DNA of 63,891 bases, counting the filler. It is 4 parts of 4 records of this genome, joined end to end, with 100 filler letters (N's around TTAATTAATTAA, not from the genome) between each part and the next. Parts side by side here need not be neighbours in the genome. Positions count along the whole stretch, not along the records: positions 42,837 to 51,552 come from DRR378314_1975; positions 51,653 to 63,891 come from DRR378314_1991; 2 more parts are not named here. One strand, 5' to 3'. Positions 43,175 to 55,483 of the stretch are shown here, in pieces (position 1 is the first letter of the stretch; each line of letters begins with the position of its first letter). The position numbers and the translations under genes were made by a program. The notes below the pieces were generated by a model. It saw nothing but the letters and a program-made list of their open reading frames with translations. It was not told where the DNA came from and searched no databases.

Positions 43175-43726
43175 ATGACAGAAACTCAAAGTGCTCCGAA
43201 AAAACGGTGGTACATTATTCATGCGCATTCAGGGGCTGAGAAAAAAGTCGCCCAGTCTGTGATGGATCAGGCTGTCGCCAAAGGTATGGCGGAAAAATTT
43301 GAGCAGGTGCTCGTTCCAACTGAAGAGGTTGTTGAAGTGCGCCGCGGACAGAAAGTCAATGCGGAACGGAAGTTCTTCCCTGGTTATGTCCTTGCTCATA
43401 TGGAAATGAATGATGAAACCTATCATTTGGTGAAGAATTTGCCGAAAGTGACAGGTTTCCTTGGAAATGCAAATAAACCGCAGCCGATTTCTGAAAAAGA
43501 GGCTATGTCCGTTCTGAATCAGGTTCAGGAAGGGATTGATCGTCCGAAACCATCCATCACCTTTGAGATCGGTGAGGAGGTTCGGGTTTCTGACGGTCCG
43601 TTTGCAACGTTTATGGGTGCTGTTGAAGAAGTGGATGAAGATAAAGCGAAGCTGAAAGTTTCGGTTTCCATCTTCGGTCGATCAACACCGGTTGAGCTTG
43701 ATTATTCTCAGGTAGAGAAGAGTTAA
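43175..43726 (+). CDS. nusG: Transcription factor NusG
   Basis: FFPGYVL, KVTGFLG and KOW-domain IFGRSTPVEL. Confidence 0.97.
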   Translation: MTETQSAPKKRWYIIHAHSGAEKKVAQSVMDQAVAKGMAEKFEQVLVPTEEVVEVRRGQKVNAERKFFPGYVLAHMEMNDETYHLVKNLPKVTGFLGNANKPQPISEKEAMSVLNQVQEGIDRPKPSITFEIGEEVRVSDGPFATFMGAVEEVDEDKAKLKVSVSIFGRSTPVELDYSQVEKS

Positions 43727-43810
43727 GAAGTGCCGTCCTTGTGACGGTTTTTGTTGTGGAAGGCAAAGCCAAAGCCGCACCACGACCCCTTTAATTGAAT
43801 TGGGAAAGTT

Positions 43811-44239
43811 ATGGCAAAGAAGATTCAAGGTTATATTAAGTTGCAGGTCCCCGCGGGACAGGCAAATCCTTCACCTCCTATTGGTCCAGCATTGGGTCAG
43901 CAGGGTGTGAATATTATGGAATTCTGTAAAGCGTTTAACGCTGCGACCGGGAGTATGGAGGGCGGTATGCCTATTCCAACTCTGATCACAGTTTACGCCG
44001 ATCGGTCCTTTACCTTTATTACAAAGACCCCACCTGCTTCGTACTTCCTGAAGAAAGCAGCTGGCCAGAAAAAAGGTGGCAGCACTCCAGGTCGTGATGT
44101 TGCAGCTACGGTTACTCTGGATCAGGTTCGTGAAATTGCAGAAGCAAAGATGGTTGACTTAAACGCCAATGACATCGATGCAGCAATGGAAATCATTAAA
44201 GGTTCAGCCCGCTCCATGGGCTATGCGGTAGAGGGCTAA
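43811..44239 (+). CDS. rplK: 50S ribosomal protein L11
   Basis: [13 protein letters not shown]. Confidence 0.98.
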   Translation: MAKKIQGYIKLQVPAGQANPSPPIGPALGQQGVNIMEFCKAFNAATGSMEGGMPIPTLITVYADRSFTFITKTPPASYFLKKAAGQKKGGSTPGRDVAATVTLDQVREIAEAKMVDLNANDIDAAMEIIKGSARSMGYAVEG

Positions 44240-44243
44240 GTCG

Positions 44244-44936
44244 ATGGCGAAACTGACAAAAAAACAGAAAGTAGCTGACGCGGCAGTAGATCGCGAAAAG
44301 CTTTATGGTCTGGAAGAAGCCCTGGGCATCGTAAAAGCGCATGCAACTGCTAAGTTCGATGAGACAGTGGAAATTTCCATGAACCTGGGTGTGGATCCGA
44401 GGCATGCTGACCAAATGGTGCGCGGTGTCATTCAGTTGCCGAACGGAACTGGTAAGACAGTTCGCGTTGCTGTATTTGCTCGTGGTGATAAAGCCGAAGA
44501 AGCAAAAGCGGCTGGTGCTGATCTGGTGGGTGCAGAAGATCTGATGGAAATCGTTCAAGGCGGACAGATGGATTTTGATCGGTGCATTGCCTCTCCAGAC
44601 ATGATGGCGATTGTTGGCCGGTTGGGTAAGGTTCTGGGGCCACGGGGCCTGATGCCAAATCCTAAGCTTGGAACGGTAACGCCAAATGTTGCTGACGCTG
44701 TGAAAGCGGCCAAAGGTGGTCAGGTGGAATTCCGCGCTGAAAAAACCGGCATTGTGCATGCAGGTCTTGGTAAATCATCTTTCACTGCTGATGCGCTGAA
44801 AGAAAACGTTCAGGCCTTTATTGATGCCGTGATGAAAGCAAAACCTGCTGGCGCCAAGGGCCAGTATGTTAAGCGTGTTGCGCTGAGCTCCACAATGGGC
44901 CCCGGCGTGAAGCTAGAAATTTCGGAACTTATGTAA
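44244..44936 (+). CDS. rplA: 50S ribosomal protein L1
   Basis: KFDETVE and [11 protein letters not shown] motifs. Confidence 0.98.
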   Translation: MAKLTKKQKVADAAVDREKLYGLEEALGIVKAHATAKFDETVEISMNLGVDPRHADQMVRGVIQLPNGTGKTVRVAVFARGDKAEEAKAAGADLVGAEDLMEIVQGGQMDFDRCIASPDMMAIVGRLGKVLGPRGLMPNPKLGTVTPNVADAVKAAKGGQVEFRAEKTGIVHAGLGKSSFTADALKENVQAFIDAVMKAKPAGAKGQYVKRVALSSTMGPGVKLEISELM

Positions 44937-44999
44937 GTTCCAAAGAGATTTGCCGCCTTCGGGCGGCAAGTGTCTGAGATCCGGGTAACCGGATTTCAG

Positions 45000-45076
45000 C
45001 TGTCCAAGACTGCAGGTGTTCGGATCTTTCGGGATCAGAATTTAAGAACATCAGTTGCCTGCATAGACAGGGAAAC
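45000..45076 (+). ncRNA. Ribosomal protein L10 leader
   Basis: CTGTCCAAGACTGCAGG...CCTGCATAGACAGG paired structure upstream of rplJ. Confidence 0.8.
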
Positions 45077-45198
45077 TAAAGATTTTGCCGAAAGGCATTC
45101 AGGTGGACCTGGGACAGTAAACGAATTCAGTATTTTCTGAATTCATTTTCAACCGGGTTATTTGCATTAGTAGATAGCCTATGACTTGGAGTTGACGC

Positions 45199-45708
45199 GT
45201 GGACCGATCACAAAAGGAAGCTCTGGTTGCCGAAATGAAAGGCATTTTTGACGAAGCAGCTGTTGTTGTCGTCGCCGAATACAGTGGTTTGACTGTGGCG
45301 GAGATGACTGGCCTTCGGACTAAAATGCGTGAAGCGGGAGCCACCTTCAAAGTTACCAAAAATCGGCTGGCACGTCTTGCTCTAGATGGCACGGACTACG
45401 GTTCTCTTTCAGATAAGCTGAAGGGTCCAGTTGGCATCGCTTACTCAAGCGATCCAGTTGCGGCTCCGAAGGTTGTCATGAACTATGCGAAAGAGAATGA
45501 CAAGTTTGTCGTTATCGGCGGTGCGATGGGTGAAACAGAACTTGACGAAGCTGGTGTCAAGTCTCTGGCAAGCCTTCCATCTCTGGACGAACTTCGTGGA
45601 AAACTGGTTGGACTTGTTCAGGCTCCTGCAACGAAAGTTGCCGGTGTTTTGCAAGCTCCAGCAGGTCAGTTGGCCCGTGTCCTGTCGGCGAAAGCCGAAC
45701 AGGGTTAG
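45199..45708 (+). CDS. rplJ: 50S ribosomal protein L10
   Basis: VTKNRLA and LPSLDELR motifs. Confidence 0.97.
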   Translation: MDRSQKEALVAEMKGIFDEAAVVVVAEYSGLTVAEMTGLRTKMREAGATFKVTKNRLARLALDGTDYGSLSDKLKGPVGIAYSSDPVAAPKVVMNYAKENDKFVVIGGAMGETELDEAGVKSLASLPSLDELRGKLVGLVQAPATKVAGVLQAPAGQLARVLSAKAEQG

Positions 45709-45769
45709 ATGTAGAAGCTACAGTTTTAGTTATATTTAAACCGTAAGGTTTACCTGAGGAGAAAAGAAA

Positions 45770-46147
45770 ATGGCCGATCTCGAAAAGATTGCCGAAGAAC
45801 TGTCTTCCTTGACAGTTATGGAAGCTGCAGAACTGGCTAAAGTTCTGGAAGAAAAATGGGGCGTTTCTGCCGCTGCACCAGTTGCAGTTGCTGCTGCTCC
45901 AGGTGCTGGTGGCGGCGAAGAAGCTGCTGCTGAAAAAGATGAGTTCGATGTTATCCTGGCTGCTGCTGGTGATAAGAAAATCAACGTCATTAAAGAAGTT
46001 CGCGCTATTACAGGTCTTGGCCTGAAAGAAGCGAAAGAGCTTGTTGAAGGTGCTCCTAAAGCTGTTAAAGAAGGTGCTCCTAAAGACGAAGCTGAAAAAC
46101 TTAAAGAACAGCTCGAAGGTGCAGGCGCAACAGTTGAACTTAAATAA
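45770..46147 (+). CDS. rplL: 50S ribosomal protein L7/L12
   Basis: [20 protein letters not shown]. Confidence 0.98.
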   Translation: MADLEKIAEELSSLTVMEAAELAKVLEEKWGVSAAAPVAVAAAPGAGGGEEAAAEKDEFDVILAAAGDKKINVIKEVRAITGLGLKEAKELVEGAPKAVKEGAPKDEAEKLKEQLEGAGATVELK

Positions 46148-46412
46148 GCTCAACATGTGCCGCGATCAGCTGGTCGCGAATTTTGTCGGGGAAGGTGGCT
46201 TTTGCTGCCTTCCCCGCAGCCGCTTTCGGAAAAGGTGGCAAAATCTGTCGGGATTTTAAATACGTAAGTTTGCTGAGAAACTATAAATTCAGCACCTTTT
46301 TATTGGGTTTTGTGTTTACTTCCGCCATTATGCAGTGTTCGGAAGAGATGTAAAATCTGTTTCGGGCCTTAGGGTTCGATATTTATTGACTATAGAATTA
46401 CGGGGATTTCGC

Positions 46413-49400
46413 ATGGGCATTTTGCAGTCGTTCACCGGTCGTAAACGCGTTCGCAAAGACTTTGGTCGAATTGAAGCCGCAACGACAATGCCGAACCTTA
46501 TTGAGGTTCAGAAAACTTCCTACGACGCCTTCCTGATGCAGGATACAGCTGCTGATGAGCGAGGCGATGAAGGTCTTCAAGGCGTTTTTAAGTCTGTTTT
46601 CCCGATTAAAGACTTCGCAGATACTGCAAGTCTTGAATTTGTTTCTTTCGAATTTGAACCTCCGAAATATGACGAAGAAGAATGTCAGCAGAGAAGTATG
46701 ACATTCGCGGCGCCATTGAAGGCGACCTTGCGTCTGATCGTGTTTGAGGTGGATCCAGATACAGAAGCTAAATCTGTTCTCGATATTAAAGAGCAGAGTG
46801 TCTACATGGGCGATATGCCGCTCATGACGGATAAAGGCACCTTCATTATCAATGGAACCGAGCGGGTTATCGTCTCTCAGATGCATCGGAGCCCTGGTGT
46901 ATTCTTTGACCATGACAAAGGTAAAACTCATGCCAGCGGCAAATTGTTGTTTGCGGCACGTGTGATCCCTTACCGTGGGTCCTGGCTTGATTTTGAATTT
47001 GATGCAAAAGACATCGTTCATGTGCGGATTGATCGCCGCCGGAAATTGCCTGTAACCGCGTTGTTGCAATCCTTGGATATGACCCATGAGGATATCCTCA
47101 ACTATTTCTATGATCGGGTTAATTACAAACTCGACAAAAAAGGCTGGCGTACCGCTTTTAATGTGGAGCGGGTCCGCGGAAGCCGTCTGCTTCGGAATCT
47201 GGTAGATGCGGATAGCGAAAAAGTTGTCGCTGAAGCCGGTACAAAGGTAACTGCGCGTCAAGCCAAAAAGCTGGTTGATGAAGGCCTGACCGAAATTCTG
47301 GTGAGCCATCTTGACTTGATCGGCCGTTTCGTTGCCGAGGATATCATTAATCCGGAAACGGGCGAAGTGTTTGTCGAGGCGGGCGATGAACTGACTGAGC
47401 AGCTAATTGATCAGTTGGAAGCCGCTGGCTTTGATGAAATTACGACCCTGGATATCGATAACGTCAATGTGGGACCCTACATCCGTAACACATTGAAAGT
47501 GGACAAAAGCTCCACACGCCAAGAAGCGTTAATCGATATTTACCGGGTCATGCGTCCGGGTGAGCCGCCAACCGAAGAAACCGCAGATGCGCTCTTCAAC
47601 GGTTTGTTCTTCGATGAAGAGCGGTATGATCTTTCTGCAGTTGGTCGTGTGAAAATGAACATGCGGCTGGACCTGGAAGTGGAAGACACTGTTCGGGTTC
47701 TGCGTAAAGAAGACATTCTGGAAGTCGTTAAAACCCTGGTTCGTTTGAAAGACGGTCACGGAGAAACTGACGATATTGATAACCTTGGTAACCGTCGGGT
47801 CCGTTCCGTTGGTGAGCTGATGGAAAACCAGTACCGGATCGGTCTTCTGCGGATGGAGCGGGCAATTCGCGAGCGGATGAGCTCTGTCGAAATTGATACC
47901 GTCATGCCACATGACCTGATCAATGCCAAACCAGCTGCTGCAGCAGTTCGGGAATTCTTTGGCTCCAGTCAGCTCAGCCAGTTTATGGACCAGACAAACC
48001 CTCTGTCTGAAATTACCCATAAGCGTCGTCTCTCCGCGCTTGGGCCAGGTGGTCTGACACGGGAACGCGCAGGCTTTGAAGTGCGCGACGTGCATCCGAC
48101 CCATTACGGCCGGATCTGTCCGATTGAAACGCCTGAGGGTCCAAACATTGGTTTGATCAACTCTCTGGCGACGTTTGCCCGGGTCAACAAATATGGCTTT
48201 ATTGAAAGCCCATATCAGCGTGTTGAAGATGGTAAGCTGACAGGTGAAGTGAAATATCTGTCTGCTATGGAAGAGAGCAAACACACAATCTCTCAAGCCA
48301 ATGCTGCTTTGGACGAGAATGAGAAATTCACTGAAGACTTCGTGCGTTGCCGTGCGCAGGGTGAATATGTGGTGGCTAAACCTGAAGACGTGACATTCAT
48401 CGATGTGTCACCGAAGCAGCTGGTATCTGTCGGTGCTTCTCTTATTCCATTCTTGGAAAATGATGATGCGAACCGCGCCTTGATGGGATCAAACATGCAG
48501 CGTCAGGCTGTACCGCTTTTGAAAGCTGAGGCTCCTTTTGTGGGAACCGGCATGGAGGAGCGGGTGGCCCGCGACTCCGGTGTTGCAACAGTTGCCAAAC
48601 GCGGCGGTATTGTCGATCAGGTGGATGCGACCCGTATCGTGATCCGTGCTGAAGAAGCTGACCTCAGTAAATCAGGTGTGGATATTTACAATCTGCTGAA
48701 ATTCCAGCGGTCCAATCAGAACACCTGTATCAACCAGCGTCCGCTTGTAAAAGTGGGTGATCAGGTTGAGGCCGGTGACATTATTTGTGATGGTCCGTCC
48801 ACGGATCTGGGTGAACTGGCTCTGGGCCGAAACGTGCTGGTCGCGTTTATGCCTTGGAACGGGTACAACTTCGAGGACTCTATCCTTATTTCCGAGCGGA
48901 TCGTGAAAGACGATGTCTTTACGTCAATCCATATCGAGGAATTCGAAGTTGATGCCCGAGATACAAAGCTGGGCCCAGAGGAAATCACACGTGATATTCC
49001 AAATGTGGGTGAAGAGGGACTGAAAAGCCTCGACGAAGCTGGTATCGTGTATGTCGGTGCGGAAATTCAGCCTGGTGATATTCTGGTTGGAAAGATTACG
49101 CCAAAGGGTGAAAGCCCTATGACACCAGAAGAAAAACTTCTCCGGGCCATCTTCGGTGAAAAAGCCTCTGATGTTCGGGATACATCTTTGCGCCTTCCAC
49201 CGGGTGTTGCTGGGACAGTTGTTGAGGTTCGCGTCTTTAACCGTCACGGTGTTGAAAAAGATGAGCGTGCTTTGGCAATCGAACGCGATGAGATTGAGCA
49301 TCTGGCCAAAGACCGGGATGATGAAAAAGCAATCCTTGAGCGGACAATTTACGATCGGCTTAAACGTTTGCTTGTTGATCAAACTGTAGCTGGTGGACCA

Positions 49401-50513
49401 AAAGAATTTAAAGCCGGAGACAAAATCTCCTCGGATGCTTTGCTGGATCTGCACCCAGGTGTTTGGTGGCAGATCAGTGTCGAAGATGATGCCGTTATGG
49501 TCAACATTGAAGCACTGAAAAAGCAATATGATGAAGCCATTGGCCGTCTGCGGGCCCGCTTTGAAAACAAAGTGGACAAATTGCAGCGCGGTGATGAACT
49601 GCCACCAGGGGTGATGAAAAAGGTCAAGGTTTTCGTTGCTGTTAAACGGAAGCTTCAGCCAGGTGATAAAATGGCTGGTCGTCACGGAAACAAAGGTGTG
49701 ATCTCTCGGATCCTTCCAGAAGAGGATATGCCTTATCTTGAAGACGGTAAGCCTGTTGATATCGTACTGAACCCATTGGGTGTGCCATCGCGTATGAACG
49801 TGGGGCAGATCCTGGAAACTCATCTAGGATGGGCAAGCCATGGTATCGGCGTTCAGATCAACGAAATGATGGGCCGGATTAACAGGGGCGCCAAAGATCT
49901 GGAGCCGCTTAAATCCAAGCTGAAGGAAGTCTATGGCGACGAAGAGTATGACGCCAAGATGTCCGACATGTCTGATGAGCAGTTCACTGAGCTGGGCGAA
50001 AACCTGAGAAACGGTGTGCCGATGGCGACACCTGTGTTTGACGGAGCCAAGGAAGTTGACATTGATCGACTGCTGGAAGTGGCCGGTCTGCAAACTTCGG
50101 GTCAGGTGACGTTGGTCGACGGACGAACCGGTGAAACCTTCGCAAGACAGGTTACTGTTGGCTACATCTATATGCTGAAACTGCATCACCTTGTGGATGA
50201 TAAAATCCATGCGCGTTCCATTGGACCATACAGCCTGGTTACCCAGCAACCGTTGGGTGGTAAGGCGCAGTTTGGTGGGCAGCGCTTTGGTGAGATGGAG
50301 GTTTGGGCCTTGCAGGCATATGGTGCAGCCTATACCCTGCAGGAAATGCTGACCGTTAAGTCTGATGACGTAGCCGGCCGGACCAAGGTTTACGAAGCCA
50401 TTGTTCGTGGTGACGATACATTTGAAGCCGGTATCCCTGAAAGCTTTAACGTGCTGGTCAAGGAAATGCGGTCATTGTGCCTAAATGTGGAACTGTCACA
50501 AATCGGTTACTAG
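46413..50513 (+). CDS. rpoB: RNA polymerase beta subunit
   Basis: [21 protein letters not shown] and GGQRFGEME motifs. Confidence 0.99.
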   Translation: MGILQSFTGRKRVRKDFGRIEAATTMPNLIEVQKTSYDAFLMQDTAADERGDEGLQGVFKSVFPIKDFADTASLEFVSFEFEPPKYDEEECQQRSMTFAAPLKATLRLIVFEVDPDTEAKSVLDIKEQSVYMGDMPLMTDKGTFIINGTERVIVSQMHRSPGVFFDHDKGKTHASGKLLFAARVIPYRGSWLDFEFDAKDIVHVRIDRRRKLPVTALLQSLDMTHEDILNYFYDRVNYKLDKKGWRTAFNVERVRGSRLLRNLVDADSEKVVAEAGTKVTARQAKKLVDEGLTEILVSHLDLIGRFVAEDIINPETGEVFVEAGDELTEQLIDQLEAAGFDEITTLDIDNVNVGPYIRNTLKVDKSSTRQEALIDIYRVMRPGEPPTEETADALFNGLFFDEERYDLSAVGRVKMNMRLDLEVEDTVRVLRKEDILEVVKTLVRLKDGHGETDDIDNLGNRRVRSVGELMENQYRIGLLRMERAIRERMSSVEIDTVMPHDLINAKPAAAAVREFFGSSQLSQFMDQTNPLSEITHKRRLSALGPGGLTRERAGFEVRDVHPTHYGRICPIETPEGPNIGLINSLATFARVNKYGFIESPYQRVEDGKLTGEVKYLSAMEESKHTISQANAALDENEKFTEDFVRCRAQGEYVVAKPEDVTFIDVSPKQLVSVGASLIPFLENDDANRALMGSNMQRQAVPLLKAEAPFVGTGMEERVARDSGVATVAKRGGIVDQVDATRIVIRAEEADLSKSGVDIYNLLKFQRSNQNTCINQRPLVKVGDQVEAGDIICDGPSTDLGELALGRNVLVAFMPWNGYNFEDSILISERIVKDDVFTSIHIEEFEVDARDTKLGPEEITRDIPNVGEEGLKSLDEAGIVYVGAEIQPGDILVGKITPKGESPMTPEEKLLRAIFGEKASDVRDTSLRLPPGVAGTVVEVRVFNRHGVEKDERALAIERDEIEHLAKDRDDEKAILERTIYDRLKRLLVDQTVAGGPKEFKAGDKISSDALLDLHPGVWWQISVEDDAVMVNIEALKKQYDEAIGRLRARFENKVDKLQRGDELPPGVMKKVKVFVAVKRKLQPGDKMAGRHGNKGVISRILPEEDMPYLEDGKPVDIVLNPLGVPSRMNVGQILETHLGWASHGIGVQINEMMGRINRGAKDLEPLKSKLKEVYGDEEYDAKMSDMSDEQFTELGENLRNGVPMATPVFDGAKEVDIDRLLEVAGLQTSGQVTLVDGRTGETFARQVTVGYIYMLKLHHLVDDKIHARSIGPYSLVTQQPLGGKAQFGGQRFGEMEVWALQAYGAAYTLQEMLTVKSDDVAGRTKVYEAIVRGDDTFEAGIPESFNVLVKEMRSLCLNVELSQIGY

Positions 50514-50585
50514 GCGATGCGCTCCGGTTTCGACCGGAGCCATCAACAGTTAAAATTGAAATAGATTTTTTGGGCAGCTGTTTAG

Positions 50586-51552
<967 letters not shown>

Positions 51553-51652
51553 NNNNNNNNNNNNNNNNNNNNNNNNNNNNNNNNNNNNNNNNNNNNTTAA
51601 TTAATTAANNNNNNNNNNNNNNNNNNNNNNNNNNNNNNNNNNNNNNNNNNNN
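51553..51652. other. Artificial contig linker
   Basis: N44-TTAATTAATTAA-N44. Confidence 0.99.
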
Positions 51653-51653
51653 C

Positions 51654-52286
51654 TTTGACACCTTTGGCGAGATCATCGTGCTGGGCATCGCGGCGCTGGT
51701 CATCTTTGCGCTGACCGAGGCTGTGCTGTCGACGCGCGTGCGGGCCTACCTGCTGAACCGCAAACCCGACATCGAGCAGGCGGGCGACAGTCATCCGGGT
51801 ATGATGGTCGTGGTGACGCGGATGATGATGCCCGTGGCTTTGATGGTTGCGGCCTACATCTTCTTCCGCGGGCACAATCTGCCGGGTGGTGGCTTCATCG
51901 CCGGTCTGATCGCGGCCATTGCCGTCATCATGCAGTACATGGCATCCGGCTTTGGCTGGGCGACGGAGCGACAACGCTTCCCCTATCACGGCATCATCGG
52001 TTCAGGCGTGCTGATCGCAGCCGCAACAGGGATTGGCGCCTGGTTCAACGGCCAGCCGTTCCTGACCTCCGCCTTTGGCTATGTGCATCTCCCGCCATTG
52101 AACGAATTCGAGGTCGCCACAGCCGCATTGTTCGACCTTGGCGTGTTCCTCGCCGTCGTGGGCGCTGTCCTGCTGGCGCTGGAAAGCCTCTCGCGCTTTG
52201 CATGGCAGCCGGGCTCCGCATCCGAACATGCCATGGACATCAACCCTGCCCGCGACGACGCGGAACAAGACATGAAGGAGGCCTGA
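51654..52286 (+). CDS. phaA: Mrp/Pha antiporter subunit A/B fusion, C-terminus (5'-truncated)
   Basis: FDTFGEI and RGHNLPGGGF motifs. Confidence 0.9.
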   Translation, partial: FDTFGEIIVLGIAALVIFALTEAVLSTRVRAYLLNRKPDIEQAGDSHPGMMVVVTRMMMPVALMVAAYIFFRGHNLPGGGFIAGLIAAIAVIMQYMASGFGWATERQRFPYHGIIGSGVLIAAATGIGAWFNGQPFLTSAFGYVHLPPLNEFEVATAALFDLGVFLAVVGAVLLALESLSRFAWQPGSASEHAMDINPARDDAEQDMKEA

Positions 52287-52290
52287 GAGC

Positions 52291-52644
52291 ATGGAATTTC
52301 TCGTTGCTTCAGCCGTCGGCCTGCTCACCGCTGCGGGGATCTATCTGGTCCTGCGTCGCCGCACGTTCCCGGTGATCCTCGGCACCTCGCTGCTGTCTTA
52401 TGCAGTGAATGTATTTCTCTTTGCCTCCGGGCGATTGGCGAGCAATGCGCCGCCGATCCTCAACAAATACGCCGATGTGCCCTATAGTGATCCGCTGCCG
52501 CAAGCGCTGGTGCTGACGGCGATCGTGATTTCCTTCGGCATGACCGCAGTGGTGGTGATGGTGGCCCTCGGGGCCTACCTCAGCGCCCGCAATGACAATA
52601 TCAACATGGACGACACTGCGCCTGCGCAGGGAGAGGACGCATGA
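52291..52644 (+). CDS. phaC: Mrp/Pha antiporter subunit C
   Basis: DPLPQALVLTAIVI. Confidence 0.95.
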   Translation: MEFLVASAVGLLTAAGIYLVLRRRTFPVILGTSLLSYAVNVFLFASGRLASNAPPILNKYADVPYSDPLPQALVLTAIVISFGMTAVVVMVALGAYLSARNDNINMDDTAPAQGEDA

Positions 52645-54287
52645 ACCACCTTCTGATTGCGCCCATCGTGCTGCCTGCTCTGGTGGCACCATTCATCATC
52701 ATGGCGTTGCGCTATCACATTGACCTTCAGCGCATATTCTCGCTGGCCAGTAACGTGCTGCTGGTCGCGATCGCGATGGCGCTGGCCGTACAGGCCGCCG
52801 ACGGAACAGTGCAGGTTTACGAGCTGGGCGACTGGCAGGCGCCCTTTGGCATCGTGCTGGTGCTGGACCGCCTCTCGGCGATGATGGTTCTGCTCACCAC
52901 GGTTCTCGCGCTGGCGGTAAACCTTTATGCGGTGGGGAGCAAATGGGACGAGCGCGGCGCCAATTTCCATCCGCTGTTCCTGTTTCAGCTGATGGGCATC
53001 ATCGGCGCCTTCCTGACCGGGGATGCGTTCAACCTGTTCGTGTTCTTCGAGGTGTTGTTGATCGCCTCCTATGGTCTGATGATCCACGGCGGCGGCGCGC
53101 GGCGCTTTCAGGCAGGCGTGCAATATGTGGTGTTCAACCTCCTTGGCTCCACCCTGTTCCTGTTTGCGCTTGGCACCATCTACGGGGTGACCGGCACGCT
53201 CAACCTGGCCGATCTTGCAGTGCGTGTTGCGGAACTCCCGGCCGAGGACACCGCATTGATCCGCGTCGGCGCGATCATGCTCCTTCTGGTCTTTGCGATC
53301 AAAGCGTCTCTGTTGCCGCTGCACTTCTGGTTGCCAGCCTCCTACGCCAACGCGCCTGCCCCGGTGGCGGCGCTGTTTGCGATCATGACCAAGGTGGGCG
53401 CCTATTCCATCCTGCGCATCTATACGCTGGTCTTTGGCCCCGATGTGGCAGTGGTCGACGGGTTGGTGGACAGCTGGCTGCTGCCCGCTGCGCTGCTGAC
53501 CGTCGCCATCGGCGCGATTGGCGTTCTGGGGTCAAAAGAGATCGGTCGCCTGATGTCCTTTGGCGCGATCACCTCGGTCGGCACGCTCCTGACCGCGATC
53601 GCGCTGTTCACCCCCGAGGCCACCGCAGCCGCCCTCTACTACACCGTACATTCGACACTGGCTGCGGCAGCGCTGTTTTTGGTGGCTGATATGGTCCGTC
53701 AGCGTCAGGGGGACGACATCGCGCCAAAACCGGTGATGGCGCAGAGCGGGCTGATTTCGGTCCTGTTCTTCATCGCAGCAATCGCCACCGCTGGCATGCC
53801 TCCGCTGTCCGGTTTCCTGGGCAAGCTGCTGATCCTGGACGCGGCGCGCGACAATACGCTGGCGGTCTGGGTCTGGGCCGTGATCCTTACTAGTTCGCTC
53901 ATCACCATCATGGGCTTTGCCCGCGCAGGCACGATGATCTTCTGGAAAAGCCACGGCCTGCCGCGCGATGACAGCATGGCAGAGCCAGAGATCGAGGTGG
54001 AACACCGCCATGGCGGTGACGGAGCGCGAACGGCACCTACACCTGCGCTGCCGTTTGTCGCGACCTTCGGGTTGCTGGCCGGGCTGGTTGCGCTGACCCT
54101 CTTTGCCGGGCCGATGATGCGCTACACCAGCGCCACTGCAAACGACCTCTTTGCGCCACAGGCCTATATTGAGACGGTCCTGGCCAACCGCGACCGCCCT
54201 GTTTCCGACCCTGACCCCGACGAGGCCGCGGACTATGATGCCGGGCAAGACAGCGCGAGTGAAGCCGCCGCCGAGGAGAGCAACTGA
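52641..54287 (+). CDS. phaD: Mrp/Pha antiporter subunit D
   Basis: FNLFVFFEVLL, WLPASY and GMPPLSGF.GK motifs. Confidence 0.95.
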   Translation: MNHLLIAPIVLPALVAPFIIMALRYHIDLQRIFSLASNVLLVAIAMALAVQAADGTVQVYELGDWQAPFGIVLVLDRLSAMMVLLTTVLALAVNLYAVGSKWDERGANFHPLFLFQLMGIIGAFLTGDAFNLFVFFEVLLIASYGLMIHGGGARRFQAGVQYVVFNLLGSTLFLFALGTIYGVTGTLNLADLAVRVAELPAEDTALIRVGAIMLLLVFAIKASLLPLHFWLPASYANAPAPVAALFAIMTKVGAYSILRIYTLVFGPDVAVVDGLVDSWLLPAALLTVAIGAIGVLGSKEIGRLMSFGAITSVGTLLTAIALFTPEATAAALYYTVHSTLAAAALFLVADMVRQRQGDDIAPKPVMAQSGLISVLFFIAAIATAGMPPLSGFLGKLLILDAARDNTLAVWVWAVILTSSLITIMGFARAGTMIFWKSHGLPRDDSMAEPEIEVEHRHGGDGARTAPTPALPFVATFGLLAGLVALTLFAGPMMRYTSATANDLFAPQAYIETVLANRDRPVSDPDPDEAADYDAGQDSASEAAAEESN

Positions 54288-54784
54288 TGAGGATCTTGAA
54301 TCGCCTTCTTCCGCACCCGCTGCTGACACTGTTGCTGACGGTGATCTGGCAGCTGCTGGTCAACCGTTTCTCACTGAACTCGCTGTTGTTTGGCTTCTTT
54401 CTCGGGCTGCTTATTCCATTCGTGACACAGCCCTACTGGCCCAACCGCCCCAAGCTAAAGAGCCCGCTGCGGCTGGCAGGGTATGTGCTCTTGGTGTTCT
54501 GGGACATCGTGGTCGCCAACATCATCGTGGCGCGCATCATTCTCTTCATGCCCAACAGCAAGCGACAGCCTGCCTGGGTCGAAGTGCCGCTGGACATCCG
54601 CACACCAGAGGCCATCGCGATGCTCGGCGGCACCATCACCATGACGCCTGGAACGCTCACGGCGGACATTTCGGCTGATGGGCACTACCTGCTGGTCCAC
54701 TGCCTGCACGCACCGGATACGGCGGCCGTCCGAGATGACATCAAATCCCGCTATGAAACCCGCCTGAAGGAGATTTTCGAATGA
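54287..54784 (+). CDS. phaE: Mrp/Pha antiporter subunit E
   Basis: ITMTPGT motif. Confidence 0.93.
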   Translation: MRILNRLLPHPLLTLLLTVIWQLLVNRFSLNSLLFGFFLGLLIPFVTQPYWPNRPKLKSPLRLAGYVLLVFWDIVVANIIVARIILFMPNSKRQPAWVEVPLDIRTPEAIAMLGGTITMTPGTLTADISADGHYLLVHCLHAPDTAAVRDDIKSRYETRLKEIFE

Positions 54785-55050
54785 TCGAATATGCCTATAT
54801 CTTCGCCTTCGGCTGTTTCGCCGTCGCAATGCTGATGAACCTCTGGAAGGTGGTCACAGGCTCGGAAATCACCGACCGCATCCTCGCGCTGGATACCATG
54901 TTCATCAATTCCATCGCCTTGGTGGTGTTGTTTGGCGTCTTCCTGAGCTCGGAAATCTTCTTTGAGGCCTCGCTGATCATGGCAATGCTCGGTTTCATCT
55001 CAACCGTGGCCTATGCGCGCTTCCTGCTGCGCGGCAACATCATCGAGTGA
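54781..55050 (+). CDS. phaF: Mrp/Pha antiporter subunit F
   Basis: DRILALDT and LGFISTVA motifs. Confidence 0.93.
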   Translation: MIEYAYIFAFGCFAVAMLMNLWKVVTGSEITDRILALDTMFINSIALVVLFGVFLSSEIFFEASLIMAMLGFISTVAYARFLLRGNIIE

Positions 55051-55060
55051 GGAGACAAAA

Positions 55061-55441
55061 ATGATCATCGACCTTCTCATCACCGGTTTCATCATCGTGG
55101 GGGGCCTTTTTGGCTTTGTGGGGTCCTTCGGCCTGCTGAAGCTCAACGACCCGATGTCGCGCATGCATGCGCCCACCAAGGCCACCACACTTGGGGTCGG
55201 CGGCGTGCTGCTTGGCTCCATGCTGCATGCCTGGGCCTACGAGGGGCGCGTGTCGGCGCATGAGCTGCTGATCACCCTGTTTCTGCTGGTCTCCGCTCCG
55301 GTCACGGCAAATTTCCTTGCCAAGGTGTTTATCAACCAGCAGACAAAGCCCAAGGATCTGCCGACACCCGGCACATGCAAACTCTGGGCGACGCATAACA
55401 AGCCCGAGCACCACCCGGCGTCTGAACAGACCGGGGCCTGA
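55061..55441 (+). CDS. phaG: Mrp/Pha antiporter subunit G
   Basis: RMHAPTKATTLG. Confidence 0.93.
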   Translation: MIIDLLITGFIIVGGLFGFVGSFGLLKLNDPMSRMHAPTKATTLGVGGVLLGSMLHAWAYEGRVSAHELLITLFLLVSAPVTANFLAKVFINQQTKPKDLPTPGTCKLWATHNKPEHHPASEQTGA

Positions 55442-55483
55442 GCGGCCTCTCTGGCGGTCGCATGCGACAATGAGGCCGATACA

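Noticed and set aside
47955-48170. Rifampicin-resistance region of rpoB
   Set aside because: Residues ([19 protein letters not shown]) match the usual sensitive sequence
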